This document shows, piece by piece, positions 40,293 to 50,565 of a DNA stretch of 64,000 nucleotides (its first letter is position 1; each line of letters opens with the position of its first letter). This DNA is from a virus. Location: positions 30,206 to 94,205 of the IMG/VR virus record IMGVR_UViG_3300010352_001575. One strand, 5' to 3'. Below the pieces are notes generated by a model. It was not told the origin of the DNA, did no database searches, and saw nothing but the letters and a program-made list of their open reading frames with translations. The position numbers were made by a program, and so were the translations under genes.

Positions 40293-43200
40293 TTTGTCTC
40301 CTCTAATTTTATTTCTTTGCGCCCTTCTGGCATATGTATAACAAACCCGACCATCTCCCACTTGCCGATAGTAAACCCATTAGCTATCATCTCATTGCGG
40401 CACTTCTGAACTTCTTCCGGCCAGTGATCGTGAGTGTATTCCCCTAATATCACTGTATCCTTCCCGCAGGTCTTGCACTTGAAAATATGCCCGCCGGGGT
40501 CGGAGAGCTGAACGATGTGGGTATTGGTAGTATCTCCTCCGCAGTGGCGGCAGGATACTCCAGAATAGGGCGCCCAGTATATTTCTCGGTATGTCTTGCC
40601 ATCGTAGTCAATGTTCATAAGCAGGATTTTCTCCCCGTATCTACTATCTCAATCTCATCGGCGGACTGGCACTGCTCCCACAACTTTCTACACTCTAGCA
40701 CCTGGCGGTCGTGCTCCACAACTAACCGAGCGTGCGCTTCAGGGTTCCGCATAAACGTACGCGCCATAGCTCGCTCAGTGTCGAGCTTTCTAATAACTGC
40801 ACGCAGATGCTCTGGTGATTCTACAAACATGACAACCTCCCTGTATACGCTGCCCACCACTCTGGCTCCGGGTGAGCTATTTGCTCCTGCTGGACCCGGG
40901 CTTTGAGCCGGTCAAACGGGCACCATTTTTTAGATTCCAAGGTTTGCTGCAGGTGCTGAAGATCCTGGTTTGCTAGCTCTAGCCCTAAGTTGTCTGCCAT
41001 ATTATCTCTCGTCCCAAGGGCAACACTTCTGTACGGAGATAGCTTGACCCTTGTTGATAATGAGATAGCGAAACTCTACCACTATCGTTCCAGTTTTTGT
41101 CTCGGGGTTTATAAAAGTAGTAATGGTCGGAGTGTGATCATTAATCATCACCAATTGCTGAGCGCTAAGCAGGCCTAGGCATATCCGTATGCGTTCTATA
41201 GCTGAGTCAAACACATTGCCAGGCTTGATATACTCACCGTACATAGATTCAGTGATTTCCAGCCCCGGAATGATATGCCGGTATATGGAAGGCAGGATAT
41301 CAACATCGTCAATCAACACATACTCTGTTCCAGGCGCCATAACCGCGATTTCTGGCAAGTAGGTGTTTAGAAACACTTTGCGAAACTCCGTATCATTTTT
41401 TATCTTAGGTAATTTCATTTTGTCTCCTGTTTATGCTTTAAGTAATCAACTAGCAGATCTCCAAACTCCGCAGCTCCTTCGGTGTATCCGCGCGCGACGA
41501 TATCGGCGTTATTTGCCGCAGCTACTTGCAACCACAGGAATTCGCAATGTATGTCATTCTCTGTTTGACCAAAATCCGAGGTCGGTAGCGTTCTCACAAA
41601 TAAGGTATCGCCGTTCAGCTCATCTAACGATTTTATGATTTTGGGAACCATTTTCATAGAGATAGCCAAACCACAAACAGCAATCGTAATGGCTTCCTCC
41701 GGAGTATGCATCCCCGCAGGAACGACCCGGGCATTGCGTTTCACTAGTGCGTTCGTAATTTTCTGCATTGCTTTCTGCCTGATAGCTAGTCTCTCCGGAG
41801 CATTACGGGTAATAAACAAATCCAGGCTTTTCTTTTTTAGCCTTTTGCAATGAGGGCACTCCGGTATTAGGTTATGTTTTATGATTGGCATATTGTCTCC
41901 TATCACTCCGGTTTAGCGTAAAACATCACGCGCTGAAATCCACAGGTTATTGTGAATTCGTTGGATGCTTTTATCGTGTGGTCTGGCTGATTGTGCCGTT
42001 TGACTATCTGCTCTGGCTTGTAGCTGCAGGAGCAAAACGGGCACCAGGTGCCGCACTCTTTATACTCGTTTTCTGTCACGGTATACTTGTTATAATGAGC
42101 ATCTTTCTCGACCTTAGACACCGACTGGTGTATGACTCTAGGACACCGCCTGCCTGAGTAAATTATCTCGTTCATCTATTTCTCCTGTTTGGTATATTCC
42201 GCCTCGTCTACTTTCCTGCCTAGCCAGTGCTTGAAAAACCAAACCACATCGGGCTCGTACGGCCCGTTGGCGTCTAAAACAAACGCCGGGAACCCCCACA
42301 GCGCCGGCCACTCAATAATCTGCACCAGCCCCCGCCAGTAGGAGTGCGGGTTCCTAACGGTATATATATCTCCGGCCTTCGGGGCTGGTTTAATTCTGCG
42401 CATACAGCCTCCGCTTTAGGAATTCTCCAAAAGTTAGGTCTGGGTACACATCAGCTATCTTCCTAAAAATCATATACCTCTTTTGACTGCTCGTGAGCTT
42501 TGGCCGTTTCTCTTCGTAGAGATTAGCCGCTAGAGTTTTTCCTAGCGGGGTGCATGAAAACATATCCCCAGGTTTGTTTATGCTGCCGGATACATGCATA
42601 AGACCTAAAGATACTAACGACAGGATATCTAACATATCGTCATGTCCTGGCTCCGCGTTAAAATAGTTTCTGAACGGAACAGGCGCGTAATCGTAGCCTA
42701 ACGTGTGCAGCAAGATACCCTCTTGGTTCTTGGTGAGTTTCATTCTGCCTCCTGTACTCGGCGGATAAGGTGTTCGTGAAGTAGAACCTGTCCTTCGGTC
42801 AATTTAGACAAATCCTCAGAATCAATAACTTGAACAATTATTCCACCAAACGGAAACCCACCGATTAACTGCACGAGGCCTTGTATCTCGTAGTTGCATC
42901 CAGCTAAAAGTACCTCCCAAATCTCCCCAACCTTCGGCTTAGTCATTTCGTCTCCTCGCCCTCGCAGGGCACACAATCGGCATAGATATATTTTGAGGTT
43001 TCCACAATCCAACATTGTCTAGGACGACAGCATTCTCCGGCTTCATGTGGATTTTTACCTGGACATTGATTGGTACATTCTTTAGCCATAGTACAAATCA
43101 TAAACCGTTTATTACCTTCGTCGCTCATGGCTTCACCTCAATATATTTATTTTCAACACACCAAATCCACATCTGGGCGGCGGATTCGGCTAGTTCTGCA

Positions 43201-43529
43201 CCCCCACTATGGCAGTTATGCTCGGTATGTGAATGGATATGCCTATGTGATGCAGGATATTTCACATAGTGGCCCGCACATTTATACTGTCCTGCTTTCC
43301 ACCCAAAAGGCAACTCGCGCAAGACTTCCTCGGCGGTGGGGGCGTAGCAATCGCCGTAGTTCATTTTTATTGCGCCTAACCGAAGCTGCTGCCTGTGCCC
43401 CAAATCTTCATAGACAAACGCCGTCGGCTTACTCCACCCAGCCGCCTTTAACGCCTTAGCAGTTTCAAGTGAAACGCATATGGATCTCATATCTTTACCC
43501 CCAGTAGTTTCTTTCCGTTTTTGTACCAC
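40289..43529 (-). CDS. Run of about 11 small hypothetical genes, including two PKxG paralogs (42176-42403, 42740-42946) and an unlisted 59-aa ORF (40821-41000)
   Basis: Coupled ORFs; hand translation of 40821-41000 gives MADNLGLELAN... Confidence 0.55.
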
Positions 43530-43924
43530 CCCGTCCTCGGGTAGTAGTTTATATCTGTCGGGGATTCCGCCCAGCTGAACTTGGCGTAAAACTCCGGGTT
43601 TTTAGCTATCAGCCGCGCGCGGTGATTGGCGTGAATCGGCCCGCCAAACCATTCAGGCGCAGGAGCATCGTAGCCAGCGTATACCGGCATTGAGTTCTTA
43701 AACCCGCGGCGTGTCCACTCAAACACGGTAGCGTTGTAATACTCTAGCAAGAATGCCTCGCTGCCTTTCCACATCTTCACAGCTGGGTGCCGGGCCCAGG
43801 CGATTGACTCTCCGGTCAGGACTCGGTAGATCTGCAGTGCCTCAATGCGCTGCTTTCCAAGGCGTTGGTTGTCTAGCGCTATTGCTGATGCAACGATGTC
43901 AGGATAGGGCAAGAAGGTATTCAT
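43487..43924 (-). CDS. Pyrimidine-dimer DNA glycosylase-like protein (MSMEG_6728 / endonuclease V family)
   Basis: MNTFLPY...SA..LD..RLGKQRIEALQI...W..HPAVKMW.G...EW..RG...HRA.L..K.P.FY. Confidence 0.85.
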   Translation of the reverse strand: MNTFLPYPDIVASAIALDNQRLGKQRIEALQIYRVLTGESIAWARHPAVKMWKGSEAFLLEYYNATVFEWTRRGFKNSMPVYAGYDAPAPEWFGGPIHANHRARLIAKNPEFYAKFSWAESPTDINYYPRTGWYKNGKKLLGVKI

Positions 43925-44415
43925 CAGTCCTCCCCGTATGTCTCCCAGCATTTGTGCTTGCTACCGTACATAGAGCAATCGGTAATTTTGTTGCAGCAGT
44001 TGTTGTGCTTGCTGCAGTGCTTTTTGTACCACGCATACTTCAGGTGGTCAGCTGATTGGCAGTTCTGGTTAGTCCACATATACGGGCAGTACAAATCTTT
44101 CACCGGCAATGGCTTCTTTCCATCTAGCCATTCCTTGTATGTAGCCCCGGCCTTGCTGTACTCAATTGTTTTACCATCTTTGCCGGTGTATGTCTCGGCC
44201 GCGTGGCAGTACCCGCAAGAGCGCGCGAAGACCCGCTTTACTTTTGTGGTTAGCTTACGCTTTGTGAACGGCGCATAGTTCACAACTATCTTATGGCAAC
44301 CAGACCCATCGCAGGTGGCGCAGACCATTCCGGCACCATCTTTCTCAGCAAAGCCAACATAGACACCGGTCCCGCCGCAACTCTCGCACTCCGACAATAT
44401 CATTATTTTTTCCAT
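43924..44415 (-). CDS. Cys-rich protein with DnaJ-type zinc finger
   Basis: CESCGGTG...CATCDGSG. Confidence 0.65.
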   Translation of the reverse strand: MEKIMILSECESCGGTGVYVGFAEKDGAGMVCATCDGSGCHKIVVNYAPFTKRKLTTKVKRVFARSCGYCHAAETYTGKDGKTIEYSKAGATYKEWLDGKKPLPVKDLYCPYMWTNQNCQSADHLKYAWYKKHCSKHNNCCNKITDCSMYGSKHKCWETYGED

Positions 44416-45018
44416 TGATTTCCCCTATTTGTACAGCAATTTTATGCCGCCAACAATGAACGCAAAAACTACGAACACGATGATAAAAATATCAAGCGCG
44501 TCCTGCTTAGAGTATCTAGTACTCACGAAGCCCTCCTGGTCGCTTTAGGAGATTTGATTGTATCTTTTTCTTTGTCTCCTCTATAGTTGAAATAGCCAGG
44601 TCCGCGACTAGGTTTTTCTATCAACTCCCCGTCATAGTCGTATTCCGGTACGCCGGTTTTGGACCCCGGATATTCCGCTAGCGCGTAGGTATCCACCCGG
44701 CCAGGACCCCACATAGTAGCCTCGGCGTCTATTTTGCATTCCCTGGAGCAGTAAGTCTTGGCTTTCCCATAACTGAGCTGAGCAACAACCTCGTGCCCGC
44801 ACGCCCCGCAAATAAACACTCCTAACTTCTTTAAGCTACCTGGCTCTGCCGGTAGTTCCCGTAGTAATCTCATTAATTCTCCTGTTCCTCTATGTCAGAT
44901 GGGTCGCTGCAAAACCACGACACAAAAAATATAAAGACAACGCCGATAAGAATGATAAAAAACCATATCGGCATTATCAATAATAATCGCCACCACGGCA
45001 CATCTTCAAACCAGTATT

Positions 45019-45288
45019 TCACAGCGATCCTCTTTTGTTAGGTATGTCTGACGCAGCCTTAAGGCTGTTAGCGTACGCGACCGCAGCCGGCCGTCTAAGG
45101 TCGTATTTTTCTATAAACCTATCCTTTTTTTCCGCAGACAGTTCAGCCCTGCCATCCATAACGGCAGCAAGCTGATCCTTGGTGTTTCGACCAAATTTCT
45201 TTTGTCCGCACATCAAGCAAGATAGGTCCGCTGCCGTCGGGGTTTGTATCGCACAGTTCAAGCACAAGCTCGTTGATTTTTTAGCCAT
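45019..45288 (-). CDS. Zn-ribbon protein, probably leaderless first gene of the operon
   Basis: CLNC...CLMCG; ATG lies 6 nt downstream of the -10 box. Confidence 0.6.
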   Translation of the reverse strand: MAKKSTSLCLNCAIQTPTAADLSCLMCGQKKFGRNTKDQLAAVMDGRAELSAEKKDRFIEKYDLRRPAAVAYANSLKAASDIPNKRGSL

Positions 45289-45294
45289 ACCAAC

Positions 45295-45323
45295 ATCGTA
45301 CTAAATTTTCTCAAGGATGTCAA
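45295..45323 (-). promoter_or_regulatory. Sigma70-like promoter
   Basis: TTGACA-tccttgagaaaatttag (17)-TACGAT with an upstream A-tract. Confidence 0.8.
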
Positions 45324-45339
45324 TATTTTTTTTTTAGAC

Positions 45340-46570
45340 AGGAGACAGCTGTGGCAGTAGTGCCACAAATCCAGTTATAGGGAGATTACCCTACCTTATC
45401 AAAAAATGATAAACCAGGATAAACTCGGTAGCGTCGCTATATACTCATTTATATGCTTACATTAAAATATAAACATATAAATATTAACATTTAATATAAA
45501 CATTATGAATGTATACATATAAATATAAATATTCGTAATATAAGCATTTAATACTAACATATAATATTAACATATACTGATATCTATATATGTATATATT
45601 AAATGTAAATAGAGGCGGAGCGAAGTTCTTCCAGGTGGAGAGGGGGATGCTGCGCACAATAAGATTGGCCGGCGGGCAATAGGTCAGGCGTTCTAGAGTA
45701 GTTTTCCCTCCTCCGAACTTCCGTTCCCTACTGCCACCGTTAGCTTCCGTACGCACCGGGTAATTCGCTAACGCTGGGACGGTCGTGCCCAACAAGCCTG
45801 GGCACGGACCGAGTAGGACCTAGCTTCTGTTGATTCGTTCAAGCGGAACCGTGGTAGGTAACTCCCCTCTATACACATATAATACAAACATTGTAATATA
45901 AGCATTTTTATAATACAAGTCTTTATCATATTACTTGTTAAAGTCTATGGATATCTATATAGTTAACTATAGGAACCAAGACTACCAGGGCACTTACTGG
46001 TTCTGGCAATGGCGACAGGGAGAGAGCTATCACGGCAAGAGCTCCACACTACAGGCGTTGCTACCTCTCCGGACCGGATCTGCCAGTTGATCGTATACTG
46101 CACACAGTGAGCTGAGGTTCAACTGAGGGACGGGTTTGCCCCCGTAGTGGGGGAGTTTACCTGTTCCAGCTGTTTCTATGCTCCTGCGAGCTTTGAGCGT
46201 GTATATACGCCCCGGGAGTGTTCGATTGGGCTTTTAACCCTGCTCCCGCTCCATCCGACCCATTTGGGGGCCCTCAGGCCTAAAACCGGTAAAACTGCCG
46301 GGTTTAAACCATTTGCCACAAGTAGCCAGCGCTGCTACTGCTGGTTGTTGCGACCTGGTATGGATAGGCATAGCCGTGCGATCTGCTATGCCCCGTACTG
46401 AAATTTTCAAAGTTGAGCGAGGGGGTGGGCTTTACCCGCCGGCTCCGAATCTAGTCCGGGCAACCCGATATTGGCTTACTAAGAGCTATCGGCCCTCGCA
46501 TATGGTGCGTCTGGTTTATTTAACAATTTTATATAATTTTCTACAAACTCACCAGACTGCACGACGAACA
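45340..46570 (-). ncRNA. Candidate large structured non-coding RNA, about 1.2 kb
   Basis: No credible ORF; dedicated promoter at 46577-46605; many nested helices; strand assigned from the promoter. Confidence 0.6.
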
Positions 46571-46576
46571 GGTACC

Positions 46577-46605
46577 ATCTTACTAAATTTTCCGATGCGT
46601 GTCAA
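46577..46605 (-). promoter_or_regulatory. Sigma70-like promoter firing into the non-coding region
   Basis: TTGACA-cgcatcggaaaatttag (17)-TAAGAT. Confidence 0.8.
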
Positions 46606-46625
46606 GCGTTGTTTTTCGAAAGTAG

Positions 46626-46654
46626 TTGACAGAGGGTGGAAAATTTTGTACGAT
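46626..46654 (+). promoter_or_regulatory. Sigma70-like promoter, divergent partner
   Basis: TTGACA-gagggtggaaaattttg (17)-TACGAT. Confidence 0.8.
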
Positions 46655-46685
46655 ATTCAGTAAGCTAAAAGAACTCGGAGAAAAA

Positions 46686-47141
46686 ATGATAGAACTAGAT
46701 TTCAGGATGTGGGACGCGGTAAACAAAAAGATGATAGACCTGAGGAAGATAACGCCGCTGGCGTTATCTCCGGGAACTCCAAATGGTATTTTCATTCCAC
46801 TTGGTATGAGCCCCGTGATGCAGTTTATCGGGCTATATGACAGAAATGACCGCAGGATATATGAGGAAGATATTGTTAAGAGAGTGAACGGCTATGCACA
46901 GACTGAGACAGCTGTTGTTCGTTTCGACGGCTGTTCGTTCTACGCGCGCAGAATTAGCGACCGGTCGCAGTGGGAACACATAGACTGGCCTAGCGAATTT
47001 TTTGAGAACTGCGAGATAATCGGCAACACGTATGAAAATTCTGAGATAGTAAAACTGTTTGAACTCGAAACTTCGGACATCGACCCAGACGACGGTGTTT
47101 CTGAGCTGCACATTCCAGACGGAGAGTGGCAAGAAGTATGA
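46686..47141 (+). CDS. YopX family protein
   Basis: FRMWD...MQFIGLYDRN...IYEEDIV...EIIGN.YEN. Confidence 0.85.
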   Translation: MIELDFRMWDAVNKKMIDLRKITPLALSPGTPNGIFIPLGMSPVMQFIGLYDRNDRRIYEEDIVKRVNGYAQTETAVVRFDGCSFYARRISDRSQWEHIDWPSEFFENCEIIGNTYENSEIVKLFELETSDIDPDDGVSELHIPDGEWQEV

Positions 47142-47416
47142 GCGACAAGCACTGCAATGAGTGTGATACGGAGATTGCTGATAGCACCAAGGTTTACTGC
47201 TATAGCTGCTACCGGGAGCTGGCCAGAGAATTAGATAGCGCGCAAGACGAGGTAGCTAGTCTAGAAGACAAACTAAAAGACGCGGAGGAGTGCTTACATA
47301 CTGAGGCAGACTATGGCATTCTGCTAAAAGAGGCGCGCGAACTAGAGCTGGAAAACATTGAGCTAAAACATCAGATAAAGGAGTTGCAGCGTGACCAAAG
47401 CGGAAAGAAAATTTAA
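47138..47416 (+). CDS. Zn finger plus coiled-coil protein
   Basis: CNEC...CYSC followed by heptad repeats. Confidence 0.6.
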   Translation: MSDKHCNECDTEIADSTKVYCYSCYRELARELDSAQDEVASLEDKLKDAEECLHTEADYGILLKEARELELENIELKHQIKELQRDQSGKKI

Positions 47417-47909
47417 CACAGTAGCTATCTCGGTTGTTATAGGATTTTTGTGCCTTACTGGCTTGATTGTTCTAGCCGGGTGCTCGACTGTTGGAAAGGT
47501 GAACCAGGCCATTGACGATTTCTCGGCTAGCACGGATACCAAAAAATCTTTGTTAACCGCGAATGTGCCTATCACGATTGATGTCCCGGACAAGATTTTA
47601 GAACCAATGGACAAGGTTGGAAATTCATTTGCGAGCTTGTCCGATACTGCCAAGACCAGCCTTACTCGTTTGACAGACACGCTCAACCGGTTCATAAAGC
47701 TCCCGTTGCTGATGGAGCATACTGCTAATAAAGGTATGAGAATGTATGTAGACGAGATGAAGAGATACACGCTGGTGCTGGTGTTCTTAGTTTTTCTGGG
47801 GCTCGGGGTTGGGCTGGGGATGCCTTTTGCGGCCGGCTGGGTGTACATCTGGCTTATGACGAGATTATTGGAAAAGAAATCTGGTTGCGCGTGTAAGGGG
47901 GCAAAATGA
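47391..47909 (+). CDS. Lipoprotein-like membrane protein, possible unimolecular spanin
   Basis: Hydrophobic signal ending in LAGC lipobox plus a C-terminal hydrophobic segment. Confidence 0.5.
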   Translation: MTKAERKFNTVAISVVIGFLCLTGLIVLAGCSTVGKVNQAIDDFSASTDTKKSLLTANVPITIDVPDKILEPMDKVGNSFASLSDTAKTSLTRLTDTLNRFIKLPLLMEHTANKGMRMYVDEMKRYTLVLVFLVFLGLGVGLGMPFAAGWVYIWLMTRLLEKKSGCACKGAK

Positions 47910-48361
47910 CTTTTGAAGAAATCTGCGCAAAAGCAATGAAGGACTGGCCGCCAGACTTAGACAAAACTGGCAATCCATACGAGACGCATTGCAACCTCGG
48001 AGTCAACCAGATCACTACTGACTATGTGGGGTATTCCGGCTTCAAGGGAATGATGGCAAACCAGATTTTCGATTTTATGATTACGCCAAAGGGCAGAATG
48101 TACTGGCGCCGGATAGATGGTCTGGAGGCGTTTACTTACACAATGCTAAAGCGTCTATGCATCGCTGTGCTTAAGCTGCCGGAGCACGGCCATATTGCTG
48201 TTATACATCCTAACCCATTGTTCTTCAGCCCGTCGTGGATGAAGAAGGTACCTAGTGTTGCCAACATAGGAAAATGGAATAAGATAAAACCAATTTCGTA
48301 TGCGTTCCCAACAGAGCCACAGTATTACCTGTACGACCTAATGCCAGGAGCTACCTTTTAG
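47906..48361 (+). CDS. CHAP/NlpC-P60-like Cys-His peptidase, possible endolysin
   Basis: ETHCNLGV...ANQI...W...HGHIAVI. Confidence 0.55.
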   Translation: MTFEEICAKAMKDWPPDLDKTGNPYETHCNLGVNQITTDYVGYSGFKGMMANQIFDFMITPKGRMYWRRIDGLEAFTYTMLKRLCIAVLKLPEHGHIAVIHPNPLFFSPSWMKKVPSVANIGKWNKIKPISYAFPTEPQYYLYDLMPGATF

Positions 48362-48365
48362 CTAT

Positions 48366-49109
48366 ATGGCAATCGTAGAGCACCAGGACGATAGCGTGTC
48401 CACCTTCTGCAACAAGCCCCCGCTGGACCTATCAACGCACAAAGGTCTGGTAGCGGACCTTACCGCCTACTTGCGTAATCACTTATATATGGCCATTCCT
48501 GAGACGAAGTTCGGACCTGCTACTATGGGCCCGGACAGCCAGATACCAGATGTGATGCGCATTCGCAAATCGTATGCTAAGCAGTGCTTTCAGATTTACG
48601 AAGTGAAGGCAAGCCGGGTAGACTTTATGTCTGACATGAGACACAACAAGTGGACTGGCTATCTTCCTATGTGCAACCAATTTTTCTTTGCTGTTGCCCC
48701 AAAGGTGTGCGACAAAGACGAGATACCTGATAAGGTTGGCCTACTTATACGCTACCCTGAGGGATGGAAGGTTATCAAGCACGCGGCTATGCGGCCGGCT
48801 AATCTGCGCATAGAAGGTCTTTTGTCTTTTATTTTCCACCTAGATAAGGAAGTGGAGACCTACAAGTCCGACATAGCCGCGCTAAAAAAGCTGAAGCACA
48901 TCCACAACAAGTGGGCTAATGTCAAAATGAACAAGCGTATGGAGCACGCAGAGATGATACTGCACGAGCAGGAATCTATGTACAACAGGTTAAAGGATAT
49001 ACGCGATATCATAAAAAGCAAGACCGGTTGCGATATAGGGAGCCTTCGCGGTTGCGACCTGCACAAGTTTAAGGACTGGATGAAACGCTACGAGCAGGAG
49101 GGAAAATGA
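48366..49109 (+). CDS. MmcB-like PD-(D/E)xK nuclease-family protein
   Basis: PDV...IYEVKASRVDF.SD...KW..Y...C..FFFA...EIP..GLL. Confidence 0.7.
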   Translation: MAIVEHQDDSVSTFCNKPPLDLSTHKGLVADLTAYLRNHLYMAIPETKFGPATMGPDSQIPDVMRIRKSYAKQCFQIYEVKASRVDFMSDMRHNKWTGYLPMCNQFFFAVAPKVCDKDEIPDKVGLLIRYPEGWKVIKHAAMRPANLRIEGLLSFIFHLDKEVETYKSDIAALKKLKHIHNKWANVKMNKRMEHAEMILHEQESMYNRLKDIRDIIKSKTGCDIGSLRGCDLHKFKDWMKRYEQEGK

Positions 49110-50177
49110 GCGATTTTAGTATGTCGGACAATATATCCAACGAGCTAGCCAGGAAGGCGATCTGGGGAAAGTTTCTGGACAAATTTTTTGAGCTAAAAAA
49201 GGCGCACGATGCCGGCGAGGACTGTCCGTTGTTCGCTACAGTGTTCAAGCAGCTTGTTATGGAGACCGGGCTGATATTTATGCCAAGCTACACGGAGACT
49301 GCTGCGCAAATACGCCGTGCGCTGGAGATAACCGATGATAAGTACCGGGAATATCTTAACGCTATGTTTTTCACTCATTTCAAAATCCATATGAATTCTA
49401 TGACGGAGGACACCGACGACGATCTTGTTGCTAAGTATTCTAAGCTGTCTGCAATGAAGCCAAGCAGCTATATGCTGGAGGATAGTAAGCATATCCTAGC
49501 GCTGCAAGATTTAGTGTCTACGGCGAAAAAGATATCGGCATAGCAATGATATTAGCCGAATTATCGGGCACCGGCCGGTACTACGGGGAACTGGTTAAGT
49601 TTTGCTTAACAAGTCCCAAAGATGACGAAGGTACCTGGAGAATAAAAATAGCTTGTGACACCTGGACAGTCGACGACGCCCTAGCGGGAGTCGCCGCGGT
49701 AAACAGGGAGATAGGTTTTCGCAGCGCGTATTTCCGAACAGCAGAAAATCACGGAGTGTGTGTTTTTCTAGTGAATAACAAATTTCGCGACGACAAAGCA
49801 TATTTGGACATTATGTTTTCGTGTTGCGAGGCAGCAGCATACGCCGCATCTAAGAGGAGAAACAAATGAGCGAAGAAAAGAAGCCGGCAGAGGTTAAGCT
49901 GGAAGAAGTTAAGCTTAATCAGTCTATGTGGTTAGGCAATAAGCACTATCACATCTCGGGTAGTGTTCGTGAGATAGTTGATCAGAAGGACAAATCTACT
50001 AAGACGCTGCTAACACTAGACAGAGTTGACTGCGAAGGCAAAAACCTGACATACAATGTGATGTACAAGATTTATGAAATGCATTTTGAAAAGTTAGCAG
50101 AGGAGGTTAAGAAACAGACCGGTAAGACGATTTTTAACCCGTTTGAAAAAGTAGTTGACACAGCTGGTAAAATTTAA
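49106..50177 (+). CDS. Three hypothetical genes (49106-49543, 49546-49869, 49866-50177)
   Basis: Coupled ORFs. Confidence 0.6.
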
Positions 50178-50183
50178 TACAAT
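50155..50183 (+). promoter_or_regulatory. Sigma70-like promoter for groES-groEL
   Basis: TTGACA-cagctggtaaaatttaa (17)-TACAAT. Confidence 0.8.
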
Positions 50184-50214
50184 TAAGTATAGTTCAAAAT
50201 CACAGGAGGTTTGC

Positions 50215-50562
50215 ATGCGGGAAACTGAAGAAAATCTTGGCAACAGCTTTCGACCTATCAGGGATAACGTTATTATCCTGACGGACGAGACTGAGAAAGA
50301 CACGGAGATAGACGGAATTATCCGAATGTCCAATATGGACCACGCGTATCTTAAAGGCAAAGTAATCGCCACCGGCGAATGGGCTATGTCTGCTAACGGG
50401 CAGATAATCCCTCAGGGCATACAGCCTGGAGACTTTGTCCTGTTTATGCGCTCCCAGGCGGACTACCCTATGATAGGCAGAGAGGCAGACGGTATGGCGT
50501 ACAAGCTCATACCTTACGGCCGCATCGCCGGAGTCATTACCAAACCACAGGAGAACAAATAA
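50215..50562 (+). CDS. groES: Co-chaperonin GroES-like protein
   Basis: FRPIRDNVII...GII...GKVIATG...I.PGD.VLF; AGGAGG RBS. Confidence 0.85.
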   Translation: MRETEENLGNSFRPIRDNVIILTDETEKDTEIDGIIRMSNMDHAYLKGKVIATGEWAMSANGQIIPQGIQPGDFVLFMRSQADYPMIGREADGMAYKLIPYGRIAGVITKPQENK

Positions 50563-50565
50563 CAA

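Noticed and set aside
937-44278. Numerous plus-strand ORFs in the left arm, and minus-strand ORFs in the right arm
   Set aside because: They are antisense shadows of RBS-bearing coupled genes on the other strand.
45340-46570. Group I intron, RNase P RNA, tmRNA or tRNA identity for the large non-coding region
   Set aside because: No flanking exons, no convincing P7/J8-7 context, no GAGGAAAGUCC, and no T-arm or CCA end.
45484-46663. ORFs 45484-45795, 46147-46401 and 46313-46663
   Set aside because: Non-ATG starts, no RBS, and low-complexity or atypical composition. They overlap helices and promoters.
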